A DNA stretch of 63,915 nt, the filler included, from Rhabdomonas costata (lineage: Eukaryota), in the NCBI GenBank assembly GCA_019059605.1. It is 37 parts of 37 records of this genome, joined end to end, with 100 filler letters (N's around TTAATTAATTAA, not from the genome) between each part and the next. Parts side by side here need not be neighbours in the genome. Positions count along the whole stretch, not along the records: positions 13,859 to 15,488 come from JAHMHO010011675.1; positions 15,589 to 17,218 come from JAHMHO010011676.1; positions 17,319 to 18,948 come from JAHMHO010011677.1; positions 19,049 to 20,680 come from JAHMHO010011678.1; positions 20,781 to 22,410 come from JAHMHO010011679.1; positions 22,511 to 24,140 come from JAHMHO010011680.1; positions 24,241 to 25,871 come from JAHMHO010011681.1; positions 25,972 to 27,601 come from JAHMHO010011682.1; 29 more parts are not named here. One strand, written 5' to 3'. The translations under genes and the position numbers were made by a program. Below the pieces are notes generated by a model, which saw nothing but the letters and a program-made list of their open reading frames with translations, was not told where the DNA came from and ran no database searches. This document shows positions 13,759-26,022 of this stretch, in pieces; within the stretch, counting starts at the first letter, position 1; each line of letters opens with the position of its first letter.

Positions 13759-14341
13759 NNNNNNNNNNNNNNNNNNNNNNNNNNNNNNNNNNNNNNNNNN
13801 NNTTAATTAATTAANNNNNNNNNNNNNNNNNNNNNNNNNNNNNNNNNNNNNNNNNNNNGTGTTGGGTGGTTGGGGGGCTCTTCTATTTTTTTTTTGGTGG
13901 TGGTGGTGGGGAGTTAAACGTGTACCGCTAAACGGTCGCAAGTTTCCTAACTCTTCTTTGTCTGTCTAGGGGGTTGGAAAACACTCCCCCCCCCCGCCGA
14001 AATAATAGTCCCTCCACAGTTGCATCCCCTTTGTCTGTGGCCAAGGTGTAGATCTGCTCTCCCCGCTGTCATGGGGACTCTGATTTCCAAGCCGCAAGGC
14101 CCGCCTAACTGACTAACGTCGCCGGTTTGTGTGCGGGCGGTTACCTCACCTGAATGCCGTTGTTTTGTGGTGTGGCTGGATCTTTATAAATGTCTTCGAT
14201 AATCATTGATACGGCCCATGGCCCTTGCAGAGGCCGAGACCTTACTTCAGCCTGCCAGCTTGTAGCCGTGTGCCAAGGATGAGCCAACTGCAGTGTGTGT
14301 ATGTGTGTGTTGATTCCTTACCACCTTCCCCACCTATACAG

Positions 14342-14495
14342 CGAAAAAGTGCAAGCTTCCCGTGCCCCTGCCCGCGGGCTACCAGACGCGCGGGATCTGC
14401 GCGGGGTACCAACTCGGCACGACCTGCGCCACGTACCTCTCTTGCAGCCCTGGGGCAGTGGCCACGGGGTCGATCCTCCTGAGCTGTGATTCCGC
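14342..14495 (+). CDS. Exon encoding a Sushi/CCP-like cysteine-rich extracellular module
   Basis: TATACAG|..KKCKLPVPLPAGYQTRGICAGYQLGTTCATYLSCSPGAVATGSILLSCDS..|GTAC. Cysteine spacing resembles CCP/Sushi. This frame is not in the ORF track. Confidence 0.55.
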
Positions 14496-16849
14496 GTACG
14501 GCACCTTTACGCTTTCGGGATGTTCAGCGTGAGGTGCGACGCAGTTTCCTCGTTATCGCCCTAACTGCCCCCATCCGCCCCCCTTCTCCAGCAAGGTGGA
14601 AGGTGTCATCTGCTTCTTTGGTTTTTACGGCTTTTGTTTTGGTGCTGTGTCAGCGGCACAAGAAGGCTGTGCGTTTAAATCTTAGGAAAAGTCGCGAATT
14701 CTTCGTTTTGGAGTTGAGATGCCGATAAGTCATTGTGCTGCGATGTTCAAACCAGAAGGAGATTCTGTCCTCTTTCCGAAGGTGATCGTCAAATCTTCTC
14801 TTTGTCTGAAAATCGTCGCCATTGCGGGGGTGCTGTGAGCCGCGTCGCTGCCCCTTCTCTCGCTCGCACACACACTCTCTCAATTCAAAGGACGGATATC
14901 TTATTGATCTCGCTCGGTGTGTCGGTGCAAATGTTTCCTAGCATGTTGGGTTGACGGCATCATAGGGGTTCCCAAGAAACATCTGCCAGTTGTTCACAGG
15001 CCGTCGCACAGTTTACTGGTTCGCAAAACGCACAGGTGATGGGTGGGCGCGCGGGCTTAGCCACTTTGAAATCGGTGATGACTGTGCGATCGTAACATAT
15101 GTCTAGACTGTGCTTGTTTTGGTGCAAGCGGCAAAGCGAGTGAGAGTGCAGTTCATGGAAAAGGTGCCTCATACATGGTTACGTCCGTCCAAACTGGTCA
15201 GCCAGCAGGCCCGTTCGGACCTCGGCTGGCCTTTCCGGTAGTAATAGAGTCTCGTATAAAGCGGTCGCGGCCTTCCGAAAACGAAGGGGGAAAGAGACGT
15301 GATGGCTTAGGTCGGTTGGTGCCCGTGCCTGTGGTTTACGGCAGCCGACTTCGAGAAGGGGTTCTTTTGAGTACGGGATCAGTTGTGAAATTGATGATGA
15401 CGTCGTGCCGCCGCCGCCGTCGAGAGAGAGAGAGACCATGACGTGAAGGGAAGGTGCTAGAAAGCTGCAAGCGGGGAATGTGACAAGANNNNNNNNNNNN
15501 NNNNNNNNNNNNNNNNNNNNNNNNNNNNNNNNTTAATTAATTAANNNNNNNNNNNNNNNNNNNNNNNNNNNNNNNNNNNNNNNNNNNNTAGGGTGTTGTT
15601 TGTTAATGTGTTTTCTCTTTCCCTCTCTTAGATTCGGGCCTTTTGTGCGCCTGCTCCTTTTTACCGCGGCATTGTGTAAACAGCTGGACTCAGCTACCTG
15701 CTTTTGAGACTAGAATTACTTTTGAATGTGTTTGGCAAAAATCTTAAAAAAAAGCTTACCAGAAAAAGATTGCAATCAAATGCACCGCCACCGTCACCAC
15801 CACTTTTCGCCCCTCTGCCTGCCTGTCTGTATTTCTCCACCCGCTTTGCTACGAGCCACAAAATGTCAGCATTATTGTCGCTTTCTGATGCAGATACGGT
15901 AGCAGTATCACCTGTTTGCGCGCTTTTCTTTTTTCCCTTCATCCAAGGTCATGCATACGATTGGCGCTTCTGTTGCCTCCGTTTCCCTTCCGTTTTTGTG
16001 TCTCTACTGTCCCCCGTGGCTTCGGATTTCCGCATTTTCTTTGCTCCCTCTGCGAGTTTTCCCCCACGTTTATCCAATGATCCTCTCTATTTCATTGCCT
16101 GGTTTCCCTCGCCACTATCTGCGGCAAAACGTTGAGCGTCATCAACGTCGGAGGCCATGATTCAAAGTGGTCGTGTGAAAGGCAGTTCCCTGGAAAGGAA
16201 AGGAAAGGAAAGGAAAGGAAGAGAGGGAAACGTAAAAACAAGAAGCACAAATGATGGAATGTATTCATGACAACAACGCGGGCCGGGATTTGCGGGGTCT
16301 GCGGGGCGCATACGGACTGCAAAACTAGCACAAAGAACAGGAAATCATTGCATCCAATCAGCCTTTTTCGCCCACTATCAAACCGAAAACACAACCGGGG
16401 AAAAACTATTTCGTTTTACTTGATCTACTCGTGATGCTTTTGTTTTCATTTTGTCGTCTGCAGTTCTTGGGCTTTAAGCCGGAAATTGAAAGCTCATTGC
16501 AAGTGGCGGGAAGGTTCTCTCAGATAGGTGAACACTAGCGCAGGATGGCTATTCACCGTCGACAACTTGGAACATAAAGTGGTGAGGTCAAACCTTCTGT
16601 ATGTTATTCTTTGAGACTGATGCGATCGCCAAAATATACTTCTACAACCAAATGCGAATCGGAGTGACTCAGTCAAAGCACTAAAGACACCCACGGTACA
16701 AACAACCATGTTTCAAGCTTTCAGTTTCATACTCACAGACAATGCACAGGTGGTATACATGAAAAACCGTCCCGTACAAAAGGCTTACACGAATCACACC
16801 AAAAACAATATATTATCTTAATCCGATGGGGCTGTCTCAGTCTCCTTAG

Positions 16850-17050
16850 CTGCTGTTGGGCCGACAGGCGGAGGCTGGGGCAATTGGTGCTGCCTCAGCT
16901 ACTTTGGCTATAATCTTCTGGATAATAAGCTTGCCCTGGGCGTTTGCTGGCAAATTGCAGCGCCTGGCGAACATTTCCATCGGGCTTGTGGACTACAACA
17001 CTTTGTGGCAGTTGAATGAGTCGATTACCTTGATACTTGGTCTCCTCGAA
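16850..17050 (+). CDS. Exon of an unidentified membrane protein
   Basis: CCTTAG|LLLGRQAEAGAIGAASATLAIIFWIISLPWAFAGK...ITLILGLLE|GTGAG, with hydrophobic segments. Confidence 0.45.
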
Positions 17051-17675
17051 GTGAGAGTTTTTCATCGCACCATCTTTGTCTGTGCTTCAAGGATTTTCAG
17101 CGTGTCCTCGATTCCATTGGCAACACCAGCCAGATGCTGCCACGACACATCAGAGTCCAAAAGAATGCGAGCGACTCTTCTTTTCGTCCTTCCCGAGATA
17201 CCGAAGGTCAACAAAACANNNNNNNNNNNNNNNNNNNNNNNNNNNNNNNNNNNNNNNNNNNNTTAATTAATTAANNNNNNNNNNNNNNNNNNNNNNNNNN
17301 NNNNNNNNNNNNNNNNNNACAAGCCCGCCTTTCCCCACTCCCACATCCAAGACATTGGATGAAGGGTGTGAAAATCCCGAGCTCCACACAAGCACAGAGT
17401 ATTCACACAGGCACAAGTCATGCCACTGAATACGCACTCTCACGAAGACTCCCCTGAGAACCCACATTCCGATCTCAGCACATGCAAATTGCCGGGAAGA
17501 ACCAAAATCAACCTGAAGGCATCCCACCACCACAAACAGTCCCTCACATACAAAGAATACACACCCATGCACCAAAACCTTCTCTCTGTCTCAGTCGCTC
17601 CGTCGTATGTGTTTGCCGTACCTGGGGTGCATGGAGAAGCTCCTTTCCCACCGCCCTTCTAGCATTGCTATTCGC

Positions 17676-17942
17676 TCACGTGAAGAACTCCGCGTCGTCC
17701 TCGCCTTCGTCTGTGGTGCGGACCTCCTCGGCCTTCTTGCGGTCCATGGGGCGGCTCCTCCACATGACGGTCTTCCCGACCTTCTTCCGCACCGGGGCCT
17801 GCGAGCGGGCCAGAGCCTTCTGCGAGCGCTCCTCTCGGGACAGCCGCTGCTCGTCCAGCAGCTTTTGCCTCGCCCGCTGCCGCCGCTCCTTGTCGCGGTG
17901 CTTCATCGCCGTCGAGACGAAGTCGTGCGGCAGAGCTTGGAT
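17676..17942 (-). CDS. CFAP100: Terminal exon of a cilia/flagella-associated protein CFAP100 (CCDC37)-like
   Basis: IQALPHDFVSTAMKHRDKERRQRARQKLLDEQRLSREERSQKALARSQAPVRKKVGKTVMWRSRP...EDDAEFFT*. Resembles the CFAP100 C-terminus (KERR..R...ARA.A..KK.G..L..RS.P...FF). Confidence 0.75.
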   Translation of the reverse strand: MQALPHDFVSTAMKHRDKERRQRARQKLLDEQRLSREERSQKALARSQAPVRKKVGKTVMWRSRPMDRKKAEEVRTTDEGEDDAEFFT

Positions 17943-19048
17943 CTGCCACACCGTAATCACATTATGTTCCAGTACTCTCCGCGGGGAAAACCATTCACAA
18001 ATGCACAACATTCGCCCCGTCTGCATTGATGGTTTGCAGTCAGCTCTGCCCGTCTTGGCGAAATTCCCGCCGTTCCTTCGACGACGCGTGCAATTTCGCC
18101 AGCGCCAGCGGAGCAGCTCCCTGCCGCCTCAGGATCAGTTTCAAGGCCCCCGCTGGTCCTGGACACACGCCCTGAGCCATTTCGGGTACCTGTCCCCGTA
18201 CACACTCTTCCCCTACAGAGCTGTCGCTCTTTGCCTTGAGATGAGCTCTTGGAGCGTTGAGTGGGAACGAAACCACTACAAGGAGCCTGTTCAGGGTGAG
18301 TTTCTTAACAAAAGTTGCCAATCAGTTTGGTCCGCAGCACAGAAAAGGATGCCTCACCTGTCAGCAGGTCACCCAACGTCTTACGTTTTAGCGAATTGAG
18401 GCGTAATTTTTGCTCATAAATGTGGAAATGGTTGTGCCCCGACACGTGGTTTCGTTTTTTTTGCAGATTCCCAGCTCGGGCTGCGCGGGCGCCGCCTCAC
18501 CCTCACCTCGCCCTCCAGCATATCATTACGACACCAACGAGATGACATCTCCCTTTGCAGCAGAAGTAATGCAGAAGTACTTCGGGTGTGGTTATGTGTG
18601 TGCCCTCGTGTGCCTCGTACACATGGAGGGTTAACCTCTTCTCTGAGCTGTCACGGCTGTTTGTTGGGTTTTCGAGCTGCAGGATTTTGGCCTGGATTCG
18701 ATTTTCCACTCCGGTGGAACAAAGGTCACGAATTCGAATATTCAGGGATGCGGTAAAACCTCCACCACACGGTTTCGTGAGGCATGTGCTGTGATTTCGC
18801 ATATCCTGCCATAGCCGCATCCGTGGTTCTTGTGAAACAGTTTGGTACAGTATTATAAAATTAAAGCACTCTCCCTTCCCTTGCAGCGATACGTACAAGC
18901 TGGGTTCGGACCCTCCGGAGGCCACAATAACGAAATTCACCCCCCACANNNNNNNNNNNNNNNNNNNNNNNNNNNNNNNNNNNNNNNNNNNNTTAATTAA
19001 TTAANNNNNNNNNNNNNNNNNNNNNNNNNNNNNNNNNNNNNNNNNNNN

Positions 19049-19436
19049 GCAAGGAGAGTGGAGAGAAGGTCGTTCCTCGGGGTGTGTTGGGGACCCAGAG
19101 GGTGATGTGGGCCGGTGGGCAAGGATGGGGTGTTGTGGGCTCGAGGTAGGTACGGAGGGAGGAGTCGCTTTGCCAACGGCCCCACAACGCGATAGAGGGC
19201 AGGGGTGCGCCGAGCCCGAGCAGAGTGGAGGCCCCACCTCTGCGGAAGCCGTGCCAGGTGAAGTCACCGGTGGCACCACCCTGGAGGGAGCGGGCAAGCC
19301 GCAGGGAGGAGCCGGGATCGAAAAGCGGACGTGCTTCGTCGCAGTGGCACGTGGTGAAAGAGGCCCAGGGGCGCAAGCAGGCAGGTAGTTGTCGCCAAAC
19401 TTGTTCGCGTGGGGTCAAATCACACTTCTCGCTCTC
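19049..19436 (-). mobile_element. Tyrosine recombinase C-terminal catalytic region of a DIRS-order (DIRS/Ngaro/VIPER/TATE-like) retrotransposon, 5'-truncated
   Basis: PLF...FTWHGFRRGGAS...IALWGRWQSDSSLRTYL gives the H-x-x-R, GRW and catalytic Y motifs of retroelement YRs. In-frame stop at 19437-19439 upstream. Confidence 0.88.
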
Positions 19437-19787
19437 TCACATCCTGCCTTGCGCTCACTCGCGCACATTTGTATTATCACCGATAGCACGGCCGCCTTTT
19501 TTGCACTTGTTTCCGGTAGAGCCTCCCTCAAGCACCCGATTTTCCTCCGGATTCTTCGCCGCATTTGGCGTGTCGTAAATCAGTTTTCCATCAAAGTCGC
19601 TGTCGCGTTGACCCCATCCTGCTCAAACGCCGCCGACGCAGTATCCCGCATTCATCAACTGCCTCCCTTCATTGTGCTTCTCCGCTCCACACGTCTTCAC
19701 GCCTTGGCCCAACCTTTCCCACATTCCCAAATAATTTCTCGTTTCTGGCAACGCGAAGAGATTTGTTTTGGGTCACTGGTCACGTGA
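19389..19787 (+). mobile_element. DIRS-type RNase H C-terminal half, 5'-truncated
   Basis: HICIITDSTAAFFALVSGRAS...LRRIW...LTPSCSNAADAVSR matches DIRS RNase H motifs (hhhTDs...G.S; PS..N.AD..SR). Confidence 0.8.
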
Positions 19788-20971
19788 AGAGTTTTGTGTC
19801 TTTCATGTGCGAAAAGAAAGTTTGCGCAGCAAACAAATCATTAATGGATAGTTGTTAATGTTAAATTGAGAGTGAACCGCTGCAAAGAATATGAGAGGAA
19901 CTGTCAACCTCGTCTCTTGAAAATGGGGAATGTCTGCAACCCCAAACAGCAATCTTTGCAGCTTTCAAGAAAAAAATCCCCGTGACTGAGAACACAGAGG
20001 TAAAGCACGAGAATGAAAGCGGACTGTGCGCTGAGGGAAGAGGGGCGTGGGACATGGGCAACCGCTCACAGTGGTTTCCCGTTCGCAACCAAGGAAAACC
20101 GTTGTCATGAACGACACTTCCCACTCACCATACCAAAGCGCGGAAGAATGCGAATGAGTGATGAGAAAAGGTTAAAACGGTGTATATGTTGGAGACGTGC
20201 AGGTGGTGTGCAGGTACAGTATGGAATAAGGAGGTACCCGAATTGAAACCATCCTAGTCTGTTGGCAACGCTACCACACTAACACACACGTACGTATATA
20301 ACGGTGCCTGATTAATGCCCATGCGCTCCTTCCTCTGCGGAGTTCTTTGCCCCCTCCCCGGGGGGTTATTGGGGTTCTTCAAACCCCTGAGTGCCGAAGG
20401 TGTGCTCACTGCAAACGCAAAACTATGAACCCAAACGGCTGAAGTATACAGTGACCGAGTAAGAGCTCTGGCGCCAACCAACCACGTTCCTTGGGGGGTG
20501 CTGGACAAACGAGTGAGTACAATGACAGATCTCCAATAAAGCTCGGCCGCGGGCGAACCGAACGTTTGAGATCGTGTGAGCGAAAGTGGCATCCTCTCCC
20601 TCATCTCCCTCTGTGCTGCTCCTTGCTCTTCGGCGTGCAGTCCGTCCTTTCTCAAGCCCTCCCACACTCCGCCCACGCAANNNNNNNNNNNNNNNNNNNN
20701 NNNNNNNNNNNNNNNNNNNNNNNNTTAATTAATTAANNNNNNNNNNNNNNNNNNNNNNNNNNNNNNNNNNNNNNNNNNNNGGGGTTTTGTACTTTCATAT
20801 TTCTCATATTTTTCAGTGGAAACATTTGAAAAAATTTCTTTGAAAATTCAAAATAATAACATTTTGCGAAAATTGGAATCTATGTTTGTTCCCTAGCCTC
20901 TTCACTCAAGCAGTGTGTTGCTGGGAATTTAATTGCATGGTTATGGCAGGTGTTTTTCAATTCTCCCCCAG

Positions 20972-22373
20972 GGACACCTCACAGAAGAGTACATCCTGGA
21001 CAACATCAACGGTCGCCTGTTGCCCATCGTCAGAGACTCGAACGCTGCACTGCGGTGGTGGATCCTTCGTATGTGGTGGTTTCCCGAACGATCAGCAACC
21101 ATTCTTCTTCTGGTCCTCCCATCGCTCTGAATGACTGGATTGTTACATCGACACACCGCACCTGGCACCTTTTGTGTGAAACTGCAGAGGTTGCTACGCC
21201 CTGTTAATACCTGTTTGCAGCACCACTCGGGGTCTCAGCTTTTTTTCAATTTTCCCTCTTGGGCTCTTTTTGTTTCTACCGGCTGATTTCAAGAGTCGAG
21301 CAGAGTGATGCTTTTGAAGCTTTTGGAATGTTTCCCTTTTGGTTTTTTTTGGACTTTTGAAGCATTCCTTTCAGGTTGTGAAGGAGCGAACGAGTCACCA
21401 CAAAGCAAGCAGAAAACAGCACAACATCAACAGGTCGCGACAATCTGTTCGCGGACAGAAGAGTTTGGTTTCAGTTGTACAATATAAGAAAAAAGGAGAA
21501 GAGAAGAGGAGGAAAGATGCGACAGCAACCACACGCAGCTTCCTTTTTTTCCATCTGAGCGCTCGCTGCTTTGTGCTTCGTCATCAACCCCCCCCCCCCG
21601 CCAAGATCGCACTACCACGAGCAAGAGGTTCCGGGATATAATCCTGGCCGCCGCTTCTCAGGAGGACGTCCTGAAGCTGCTTCTCAGCACAGCACAGCTG
21701 GAGTACATCCTGCGCGAGGTTTGCCCTCTTTTTTGAGAGAAAGTATTGCCCTTCATTCTTGCCTCACACAAAACTTATGTTCCTCTGTCCGTCATTGCAA
21801 AGCTGGAGGTGGGGCCTTCTGTCGCTGGAATCCAGGGACGGAGGAGCAGATAACTTTTCTGTTAAAAATTTTTTGTGGTGTGCCTTTTTTTTTTTCGTGA
21901 ATGGAAAGTTCCTGAACCGACCGTTTTGGTCTACGCTTTTCGGCCGTGCTTTCGCACATGCTCACGCTTCCATGTCAAGTCTGCGTGCTACTCCCATTCT
22001 CTAACTAACCGAGACTTCATATTTTATTTTTGAATGCGCCTGCAGACCACACAGCTACCTTTGACCGCTGTTACCACCATCTTGCCAGTTTACATTTTGG
22101 TGTGCATCCCGTCTGTCTTTCGATTCCTGTCTATACTGTAAATTATTGCCTTTTCGAGCTGTGGGCTCGGAGACAATGCTGAATTTTTCGTTGTATTGGC
22201 TGTCTTTTTCCATGTTGTGCATTGTGTGTGCTTGTGATTTCTCTTGTTGTTGAATGCACGCGCATATGCGCTTGGCCTGGGGTGTTTACAGATGTTTCGG
22301 CACCTTCTGAAAGCAAAGATGCAGTACTGGGAGTCGTCCAAGCTGGAGGGGGTGAACAAGATGAACGCGATTG
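20972..22373 (+). CDS. WASHC5: Strumpellin / WASH complex subunit 5, internal exons 20972-21068, 21606-21718, 22292-about 22373
   Basis: GHLTEEYILDNINGRLLPIVRDSNAALRWWILH|RTTTSKRFRDIILAAASQEDVLKLLLSTAQLEYILRE|MFRHLLKAKMQYWESSKLEGVNKMNAI. Parallels strumpellin (LREEMVLDNI...RDCN.AIRW..LH; LLL.TAQFEF.LKEMF..L..K...W). Exons join in phase. Confidence 0.85.
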
Positions 22374-22532
22374 GCACGACTTCCTGCTCCCTCCTTCTCT
22401 CCCAAACCCCNNNNNNNNNNNNNNNNNNNNNNNNNNNNNNNNNNNNNNNNNNNNTTAATTAATTAANNNNNNNNNNNNNNNNNNNNNNNNNNNNNNNNNN
22501 NNNNNNNNNNGTTTTGTGGGCAGAATGACCGG

Positions 22533-22950
22533 TTGGGCCTCGTTACGCTGCCAGTGCTGGCAACGGTTGATGAGTTTGATGACCGGCAAGCGCCGGCAGT
22601 GCAGGACCCGCCTACAAAGCCTTGTCTACAGGCTGAGCAGCCTTCCGCTGCTGGGAGTGACGAGCCGATGCCGTCCGCTCGCCCAGCTGAGCCTGGCCTA
22701 CCGGCCCCACCAATACAGCCCTCTTGTCAGCGCCCTCGATTTGCGTGTCCCTTGTGCCCCGCCAAGAGTTAGGTTTCCATAGGGCCCCTGACTGCGCATG
22801 TCCAGAAATTCCATATAGAAGCCGGCGAGCAGGTCCCCGAGGAGTGTCTACATGTATACGGGTGACGCGTCTGTCCGATGTCTTGTGTGCTGGTGAGCAT
22901 CCAAAACCCATGGCCGGGACGGAAGGCTCCACCCCGACCTATTTTGTTTA
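22533..22950 (+). pseudogene. Decayed non-LTR retrotransposon N-terminus (CRE/R2-group-like C2H2 zinc finger)
   Basis: Reading through two stops gives FACPLCPAKS*VSIGPLTAHVQKFHIEAGEQVPEECLHVYG*RVCPMSCVLV: a C2H2 finger followed by a P..L....RVC motif as seen in CRE-type elements. Confidence 0.5.
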
Positions 22951-23132
22951 CCACGTGTGGATGTGAGTTCGGCGTTCTACTTCCCTTCCAGCAAGCACTC
23001 TGGGAAGCACTGGCTGCCCGTCAGAGTCCTTTCGCCGGAGTTTCGCACCAATTGCAAGCAGTTTAATTCAAATCAAGATTGTGTGCGAACACACTCCCCT
23101 GTGAATGCGTGTGAAGGATTGCGAAGGATGAG

Positions 23133-23756
23133 ATGGCCCGAGGGCTGAAGCGCCTCAACCGCGTGATCGGGCTGACGGAGTTCTCCCACACTTGGGGCGG
23201 CTCCGACGAGGAGGGCGGGGCGGAGCCCTTCGCGATTCTATCCGAGGCGGACTTCGACGCGCAGATCGACAGCTGGATCAGCAAGCTGTTCACGGAGTTT
23301 GATCTGGTGTGTGTGGTGTGTGTGTGTACAGTCTCGTTTCTCTGCCATAGGATGCTGTGTGTCTTACCTTTGTGGAGCGGTTGTGTTGTGGTGGCTTTCT
23401 TATGACCGCGTAAATTTTGCAGCGAATGCATTTATTAGCAGCAGTGGTAGCACCAAAACATGGGAAAACCGGGTTTTATGTCGGCCCAAGGTACGGGAAG
23501 ACAGAATTCTACGTTAGATGTCAGGAGGGAGCGAGGTTTCCTCTCTTTTTTTTAATGTGTGTGTCTTTTTTCTGGAAGCCGGAAGGTGATCCTGATTGGG
23601 AATGCTCGATGCTTTTCTTCCTTGATTGGCTGTGGTGTCGTTCCAAAGGACAAGACAGAGACCCTGACCCAGGAGGAGTTCGTGAAAGTGGTGGAGCGTC
23701 ATCCCTTCATTTTGGACCTGAACTCCAGGTTGTGGGCCCCGCTAGCGTTGCAGTGA
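23133..23756 (+). CDS. EF-hand calcium-binding protein, last two exons (about 23133-23306, 23649-23756)
   Basis: Splicing rebuilds a 12-residue EF loop: KLFTEF-DL|DKTETLTQEE-FVKVVERHPFIL...*. C-terminus resembles calcineurin B/NCS proteins. Confidence 0.75.
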
Positions 23757-25087
23757 CCGGTCCCTTGTGCACTGGTGTTCATCAGTATTCGGGATTGGGA
23801 TGGTTCAATATTATGCATTAGAAGGTAGCCAAAGATGAGATTTTCGCACGAGAATACAAAACGTACTAAATCGCCTGTAATCAGCACTCTGTTGCAGTGT
23901 CGTGCAGCCCCCACTGGACCCGGACCCGCTTTAAACATTGAAGTTCCTTTCTGTACTCAGGTTGTTTTTAAAACGCCTTGAGTTTCTCGTCAGGAACCTT
24001 TCAGTGTCGTTGACACCAAAAACTGAATTAGGACCTGTTTGGTTTGCTTTCCACCTGACCTCGCTGAAACAGATTTGCCGCATTTCGAAACCTCTTTTAG
24101 GCTCGAGTCGCAAATCTGTTTCAGCGAGGTCAGGTGGAAANNNNNNNNNNNNNNNNNNNNNNNNNNNNNNNNNNNNNNNNNNNNTTAATTAATTAANNNN
24201 NNNNNNNNNNNNNNNNNNNNNNNNNNNNNNNNNNNNNNNNTTGTGTTGGAGCGCCTGAAGCTCAGTAGGAAACTGGGCTTGGCAGGAAAAGTTTTGAATC
24301 GCCATCAGAAGGCTGAAAGCGGAGGATTTCGCATTTGTCCAAGAACTATCTTAAAAGAGTTCGACGAGGAGAACACGGTGGAGCAAAACATTTCCAAGAA
24401 GTTCGAAGGATTTCGATGACGAAGCGGTGATTGTCGAGAATGCCGCGGATTTTGACGAAGATTACTCCGACTTGAATTTTCATGCCTTTCTACAACGAGT
24501 TGAAGAATCAAAAAGAGCTTTGGGTGTGTTTTCTGGTTTTTTAACCTGACGTGTTGGAGTAGGAGTTTGAAAATTGCGTAACGCAATTGATTGAAGGGTG
24601 GTGTGTTTAAAATCTTTCCTCTTGCTTTTGTTTGGGGTTTGGGGTTGTAGGGATTGAGTTCGTAGGGTGCCGCGCAAGAGGTTTTGTGAAAGTTTGGGCG
24701 GTGGAGCTGTGTATAGTAAGTCGTGCTGTTTTTGGTTAGGCTTGCCTTGATTCGTCCTGTTTGGCTGTTGCTGTGCCCACCTTCTGTGAAAGGCCAAAGG
24801 GCACACTCGCACCCCTTGAAGTGTGCGCTTTTGTTAGAATGGTAGAATCCAAAGCACACTAAAGGCATCAGGCAGTCGAAAGCACACCCTCCACGCGGAA
24901 GAGCAGCTCACACGCAGGCAATTTGCCAAGATGATTGGGTTTTGGAGTTAAATCTTGCGCACCCTCGCACCATCGTAGCCCCGCCACCCCAGCATGAAGA
25001 GAAATCACCACAACCTTCAGGTCACTGAGGAAAAGCAGGAGTCTAGAAGGACCCTGCCACGCGCCACAAAAGGCGGATGAGTACTCT

Positions 25088-25516
25088 GTGTATACCAAGG
25101 TAAGCCCCGATCAGCAAAGAAAACAACATCGACTAGTCCCGGACCAGGTTGCAATTAGCTACGCAAAGATAGCATTTGGTAACTCAGGACAAAGCATTTT
25201 GTCAGGACAAGACACCGCCAATGTGCTCAAAGCCTCTCCAAGTACTACCACTACCAAATCATGCAGGAATTGCAAACAAATGTGCGCATGCAAAATGGTG
25301 ACTTTCCCAGTGAGCAGGCCAAATTCAAAACCATGGTCGAGTGTCTCCATGAGTCCTACCGGACCTCCCCCCATAATCTTTTTGTACACCCAAATGCTGG
25401 AAAGCTGGATCGAGCACAAGGTTGCAAAACGGAACCCTCAGACGCTCGAAGCGACCTATGAGATAGCCTTGGAGACCTTTCGAGAGCCCGCCACGCGCCA
25501 CAGGTCACCTACGTAG
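25088..25516 (+). pseudogene. Frameshifted LTR-retrotransposon Gag-like relic
   Basis: Across two frameshifts: QVAISYAKIAFGNSG.../YQIMQELQTNVRMQNGD...KF.../YTQMLESWIEHKVAKRNPQTLEATYEIALE. The P.TL..A..IA motif is typical of Ty3/gypsy Gag. Confidence 0.5.
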
Positions 25517-26022
25517 TTCAAGAGCGAAGCACAGTGCCACCCCCCTCATCGCCACTCCCAACATTCTCGTCACCGCCTCCTCCCAAGCATCAACCCTCTC
25601 ACCAGCCTGGCCACACTCCAATGGCCCTAGACGCTGCTCGCCGCATCATCACGGCATTTTCTCCCTGCACTCTCATCCGTGTTCACATGGACTTGGAGCT
25701 TGTATTGCTTTGTCTGCCTCCACCTCCTCTAACTTCCCTTCTTTTTCTTTCTCTTCTACTTTGACTTAACCAAAAACACCCACCGAAGCAAATTCACTCT
25801 CCGCTCTTCCGCCTTGTGGTTTTGCAAGTACCACTGCTCCGCAGAACCCCCGTCAAGGGCGGCCCCAGAGCNNNNNNNNNNNNNNNNNNNNNNNNNNNNN
25901 NNNNNNNNNNNNNNNTTAATTAATTAANNNNNNNNNNNNNNNNNNNNNNNNNNNNNNNNNNNNNNNNNNNNATCCCTGCGCTGAGCCAAAATTTGTGGTG
26001 GGAGGGAGGGACTCAAGCAGGC

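Noticed and set aside
17482-18399. 305-aa plus-strand ORF
   Set aside because: It is largely the antisense shadow of the CFAP100 exon plus flanking sequence, with no coherent protein.
19437-19457. TGA read-through (alternative genetic code) extending the YR frame
   Set aside because: The upstream translation is not YR-like, and host genes here end normally at TGA (CFAP100, catalase, EF-hand) and TAG (GRIP).
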